Virus record (IMG/VR): IMGVR_UViG_3300047157_000174
Location: 32,095-96,094 of that record
Reading direction: 5' to 3' (one strand)
Source: a virus
DNA length: 64,000 nucleotides
Part shown: positions 60,219 to 64,000 of the stretch, in pieces
How the letters are laid out: the number at the start of each line of letters is the position of its first letter
Numbering within the stretch: position 1 is the first letter of the stretch
Notes under the pieces: generated by a model
What the model saw: the letters and a program-made list of their open reading frames with translations, nothing else
Told to the model about the DNA's origin: nothing
Databases searched by the model: none
Program-made: the position numbers and the translations under genes

Positions 60219-61566
60219 TGGTGGAAATCAAATAACATCAAGCCTTCTATTAAGAATCGAAAACAAAAACAAGAACATATTCCGCACATTATATGAGCGA
60301 AATATAAACCGTCCCAAAAGTACATTACTTGCTAAAAAAATGGGTCTAGACTCATATAGACACTTGCGTAATGCGGATAAGATTTATGATTATAACACAA
60401 AAAATCTAAATTCTTTCGGTGAAAGAATTATTACTTGTAGAAGAACACACATGAATACCACAGTAGAAGGTGCTGACCCCGTTCTAGAATCTCTTTCTAA
60501 AAAGGTTGAGGAAGTACTTTTTCCTCACAAACTTTACGATACGAATAAAGATAATTTTATGAATACTATATCATTCAAATATTACAACGGACAGACTAAA
60601 ATATTCTACGGCAGAACGAATAAAAGATATTATATCAATGGCCTACCTAGAAACAAAGCAGATGTAGTCAAGGCGATTAGTAAGATAATTCTAAGAGCAG
60701 CATTAACAAGATGTTCAAAACAATTAACTACTTACACATTAAAGGTTACTACCTTCCCCCACAATGTTCTGTATGCTTTGGAAAATAGAACACCATATCA
60801 TTTCAATCATCAATTGAGACAGACAGAAGTTGTTATTAATACCAAATTAATTAGTGATGATGAATGTGTATTAGAAATATCTGACAGTGTTTGGGGCGTT
60901 TTATCTACTAAAGAATTGAGTACATTTATTGATTACTTTAAGTTCGGTAAGAAAAGAAGTAAGAAGTGGAATGTTGGCGTTACCAATGAGTTCCTTTGGG
61001 AGCAAACGATGGGTAGTAAACCAACCTCTACCGAATTAGAAAAGATGACACAATGGTTGTTACAACATAGAACTTCGGACATTGTAGAAGATAGGGCAAC
61101 TAAATTATTGTTCGACATTGCAGCAGAAACACCCGAAATTGATTTCGTACAATTTAGAAATCCTAAGAATAAAGCGTTGTTTGTTCATGGTAAATATTGT
61201 GATTGGCTTATTACTTATACAGGTGATGGGATGAAAAGAGGTAATCAAGATGTTTCTACACATCAGATTGTTGGTTTTTCCGAAGATAAAGGAAATTGGC
61301 ATGGTATGAAACTTTCCGGTTCTATCTGTATTGACAATGTTTCTAAAGGGGCTAGTATCGGAGACCAATTAACTGCAAGAGCATTAGCATTGATAAATGA
61401 AGATATAGCAGCACATCACCTATACACAATTAGGCCATTAATAACAGAAGAATTAAGAAACGGAAGTAAGGTTATGGCTAGGTTGGACAGAAGTAAATTA
61501 AACCATTGGTCTCAAAGAAAATGTGACGAGTACTTACACAAGAAAAGAATGAAGGAGAATAAATAA
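60184..61566 (+). CDS. Hypothetical protein with C-terminal GSICID...GDQL..RALAL motif (candidate E2-like/acceptor)
   Basis: 460 aa with a Cys motif; function inferred only from context. Confidence 0.4.
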   Translation: MKIKYIIPTVGDGGNQITSSLLLRIENKNKNIFRTLYERNINRPKSTLLAKKMGLDSYRHLRNADKIYDYNTKNLNSFGERIITCRRTHMNTTVEGADPVLESLSKKVEEVLFPHKLYDTNKDNFMNTISFKYYNGQTKIFYGRTNKRYYINGLPRNKADVVKAISKIILRAALTRCSKQLTTYTLKVTTFPHNVLYALENRTPYHFNHQLRQTEVVINTKLISDDECVLEISDSVWGVLSTKELSTFIDYFKFGKKRSKKWNVGVTNEFLWEQTMGSKPTSTELEKMTQWLLQHRTSDIVEDRATKLLFDIAAETPEIDFVQFRNPKNKALFVHGKYCDWLITYTGDGMKRGNQDVSTHQIVGFSEDKGNWHGMKLSGSICIDNVSKGASIGDQLTARALALINEDIAAHHLYTIRPLITEELRNGSKVMARLDRSKLNHWSQRKCDEYLHKKRMKENK

Positions 61567-61650
61567 AATGAAAATATGTAATAAATGTAAAAAAGAATTA
61601 GGAGACCTTCGGGTCAAAGATGGCGATTGTTGTAGGATAATGGTGATGAA

Positions 61651-62580
61651 ATGAAATGTGTTGAATGTAATTGCACCACCACAACTTTCGATGAAAGAAT
61701 GGGTGAAACTATTTGTGCTGATTGTGGTTTGATATTATCAGTAAATATATTTGAAGAAACTACTAAAACTATTTTTATTCAAGATGATGGTAAAAGTGGT
61801 AGCGGAGGGGTTTACTCTAGAACTAGTGACCTAAGTAAATTAGGTTCTATTATTCAAAGGAAGGATGTTAAAAGTAAAACTGATTATAGTTTGATAACAA
61901 ACAATATAAGAATTAATCATAATGATTCAGAAAATAAAGTATTAGTTGCTACGGGTATTTATCTTTCATATTACAATGGCGGTAAATTAAAAAACGAAGT
62001 TATTAAAAAATATAGAATATTAAAAGATGAACATTTAGTTAGAGGTTTACCTTTAGATGATGTAGCAGCAGGTATTGTATATTATGTACTAAAAGAAAGA
62101 GGAGTTCCCGTCTCTCTCAAAGATTACTCTAAGAGAACTAAAGTTCCAATAAAGAATATTATGAGAACTACTAAAAGAGTAACTAGAAAGTTTGGTAAAC
62201 CGCACATATTTAGTCAACTAAATACAGACGAAATAGTTTCTAGTATTATAGATAAACTAAACTCTAGAGAAAAAACTAGATTTAAAGAAAAGATAGAAGG
62301 TGATATTAGAATGGATTGTTATAATTTTGTGGATTATGCAAAACAATGTTATGACAATTTTGATTTAACCTTTACTACTAGTGATATAGTAGCAGCATTA
62401 TGGATTGTAGGACAGACCTACAATTCACGAAGTATTACACAACTAGGACTTGCAGATTGCAGTACAGTTAGTGAAGTAACAATAAGAGAAAAAGCAAGAA
62501 AAATGTGTAATAATCTTAATTTAAATAAGAATAAATTAAGGTCTTATACAACAAAAAATATAATGAATGGAGTAAGATAA
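61651..62580 (+). CDS. tfb: Transcription factor IIB (TFB) homolog
   Basis: N-terminal Zn ribbon CVEC...GETICADCG and two cyclin-like repeats (VAAGIVY; ITQ..LA....VSEVTIR). Confidence 0.85.
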   Translation: MKCVECNCTTTTFDERMGETICADCGLILSVNIFEETTKTIFIQDDGKSGSGGVYSRTSDLSKLGSIIQRKDVKSKTDYSLITNNIRINHNDSENKVLVATGIYLSYYNGGKLKNEVIKKYRILKDEHLVRGLPLDDVAAGIVYYVLKERGVPVSLKDYSKRTKVPIKNIMRTTKRVTRKFGKPHIFSQLNTDEIVSSIIDKLNSREKTRFKEKIEGDIRMDCYNFVDYAKQCYDNFDLTFTTSDIVAALWIVGQTYNSRSITQLGLADCSTVSEVTIREKARKMCNNLNLNKNKLRSYTTKNIMNGVR

Positions 62581-62581
62581 A

Positions 62582-62866
62582 ATGATAAGAAGAAAAATGA
62601 CAATGGAAACAACAACAGGAAGAACTACAATAGATATTAATTATTGTACTGCTTTTTCCATAAGAGAAATAACAAAGAAAGGAGTCTTGTCTAAGGCAAA
62701 GTATGAATTAGATATTCATATGCAAAGCGGTACTATTTTTACCGCTACTGTTACAGATAAAGAACTACTAATCTTTACAAACTTATGGGAAACAGAACGA
62801 GAATATCACTTGTCTCTTTCTGAAACAGAACCAAAAGAAATATATGAAAAAGAGGAATTAGAATGA
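62582..62866 (+). CDS. Hypothetical small beta-rich protein
   Basis: Operon ORF; pattern similar to 57072-57398. Confidence 0.6.
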   Translation: MIRRKMTMETTTGRTTIDINYCTAFSIREITKKGVLSKAKYELDIHMQSGTIFTATVTDKELLIFTNLWETEREYHLSLSETEPKEIYEKEELE

Positions 62867-63492
62867 AAACAAAGAAATTAAAACAAAGAAAATTATTGAT
62901 AATTGGAGCAGGTGGAATAGGTAGTTACCTAGCATCCTTCCTAGAAAGAATTAGCGAAGGAAGACAGGCATTGTATGATATTACAATCTACGATGATGAT
63001 AAGGTAGAAGAAAAGAACCTATCCTATCAAAACTTTAGTGTAGAAGATATTGGTAAAGCCAAAGTAAAGGTGCTTGGTAATAAAATTGGAATACAATCTG
63101 CTATCAACGATAAAAGAGAACACCAAGTTCTTACTGCTAAACAATTAACTGAAAAGAAGTATGATTTAGTTATCTGTTGTGTAGACAATTTAGCGGCTAG
63201 AAGACTCCTTTACAAAACAGGACACGGTGAAGACAGTGCTGTTAAGTGGTTAGACCTTAGAGCGCAAGGTAGGAACGGAGTATTGATTTCTTACAAAGTT
63301 AATCCAATACTAATACCGGATTTACTTGTCGGTGCAGAAGGTTCATTCAGTTGTCAAGGTGGAGATTGGGATGGTTCGGCTAAAGATATTAGTACTATGC
63401 ACATTGCCATAGCAGGTATTGCAACCCAATGGATTCAACGTTGGTTTAATGATAATAATGACGTAGCAGATAAAATGGTAGTGAATGTATGA
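62863..63492 (+). CDS. ThiF/MoeB/E1-like adenylyltransferase
   Basis: IIGAGGIGS, DDDKVEEKNL.YQ, CVDN..AR and a candidate catalytic Cys in SFSCQ. Confidence 0.9.
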   Translation: MKTKKLKQRKLLIIGAGGIGSYLASFLERISEGRQALYDITIYDDDKVEEKNLSYQNFSVEDIGKAKVKVLGNKIGIQSAINDKREHQVLTAKQLTEKKYDLVICCVDNLAARRLLYKTGHGEDSAVKWLDLRAQGRNGVLISYKVNPILIPDLLVGAEGSFSCQGGDWDGSAKDISTMHIAIAGIATQWIQRWFNDNNDVADKMVVNV

Positions 63493-63731
63493 GTGAAGAA
63501 GATACAGAAATAGATGATTTAATAGAAGAAGATGTAGGTAATATAATGAATGTTATTGCAACAGATGGTTTTTACTTACAAGCAGAAATAGTAAAGGTAT
63601 GTTGTCCTGTTTGTCTAGAAGAGTTCATGGGAACTAAAAGACACGCAGGTGGTTTCATAGCCGGACATAGAGCATTCCATGAGTTTGAGAACTCTCAAGA
63701 CTTTATGGTAGAACAAATGGGGGGAATATAA
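63489..63731 (+). CDS. Small C2H2-type Zn-finger protein
   Basis: CPVC...HRAFH. Confidence 0.65.
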   Translation: MSEEDTEIDDLIEEDVGNIMNVIATDGFYLQAEIVKVCCPVCLEEFMGTKRHAGGFIAGHRAFHEFENSQDFMVEQMGGI

Positions 63732-63733
63732 AA

Positions 63734-64000
63734 ATGAAAGAAGAAAATAAAGAAGAAATGAATAATGAAGAAAATAAAGAAGCAATGAAGGACTTTGATT
63801 GGAAAGAACACATTAGGAGTGTTTACAAAGATATGTCTAATAGTGAAGGTGGTGTTAATTTTGTTAGACCATGTGCAGATACAGAAATGTTTCTATCCGC
63901 TATTTGGCAAATGTCTGATGAAGTATTAGAGGGCATGGAAGTACAAGTAGTAATAGATGACAAAGATGATTTGTATATTAGTAGCGGTACACCCGCTTTC
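63734..64000 (+). CDS. Probable JAB/MPN metalloprotease, N-terminal part (truncated)
   Basis: FL..IW.MS.....G.EVQVVID fits the JAB N-terminal helix plus catalytic Glu strand; the HxH motif would lie beyond the window; adjacent to E1. Confidence 0.45.
   Translation, partial: MKEENKEEMNNEENKEAMKDFDWKEHIRSVYKDMSNSEGGVNFVRPCADTEMFLSAIWQMSDEVLEGMEVQVVIDDKDDLYISSGTPAF

Overview
AT-rich genome segment of an archaeal head-tailed dsDNA virus (Caudoviricetes). It is most consistent with a magrovirus-like virus of Marine Group II/Poseidoniales, based on archaeal GGTGA-type Shine-Dalgarno sites, TATA promoters, a TFIIB homolog and a DNA ligase inside the head module. From 1 to about 51.8 kb almost everything is on the minus strand: tail fibre/baseplate, tape measure, tail chaperone with a -1 frameshift, tail tube, neck, an Arf-like GTPase/membrane gene block, major capsid protein, prohead protease, ATP-dependent ligase, portal (frameshifted, probably by sequencing error), a LAGLIDADG protein and the terminase subunits. 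Many unrelated ORFs in this arm share an N-terminal M-[STND]-W-x-[DE]-[IV]-[LIV]-K tag. At 49-52.5 kb there is an array of small expression cassettes, each bounded by a palindromic ACCATATGGT site with inverted ACTTTGT arms. At 52.5-54 kb lies a non-coding strand-switch region with an origin-like AT/GAGAA/(CT)n segment and a large hairpin-rich putative ncRNA. The plus-strand arm (54-64 kb) encodes a UvrD helicase, a DenV-like glycosylase, TFIIB and a putative ubiquitin-like conjugation system (Ubl-GG, E1/ThiF, probable JAB). The best candidates for undescribed systems are the W-x-D-I-L-K cargo tag with repeat-bounded cassettes, the integron-like ACCATATGGT array, the viral Arf-like GTPase module, the viral Ubl system and two large structured RNAs. 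All functional calls come from motif reading and gene context; no searches were run.
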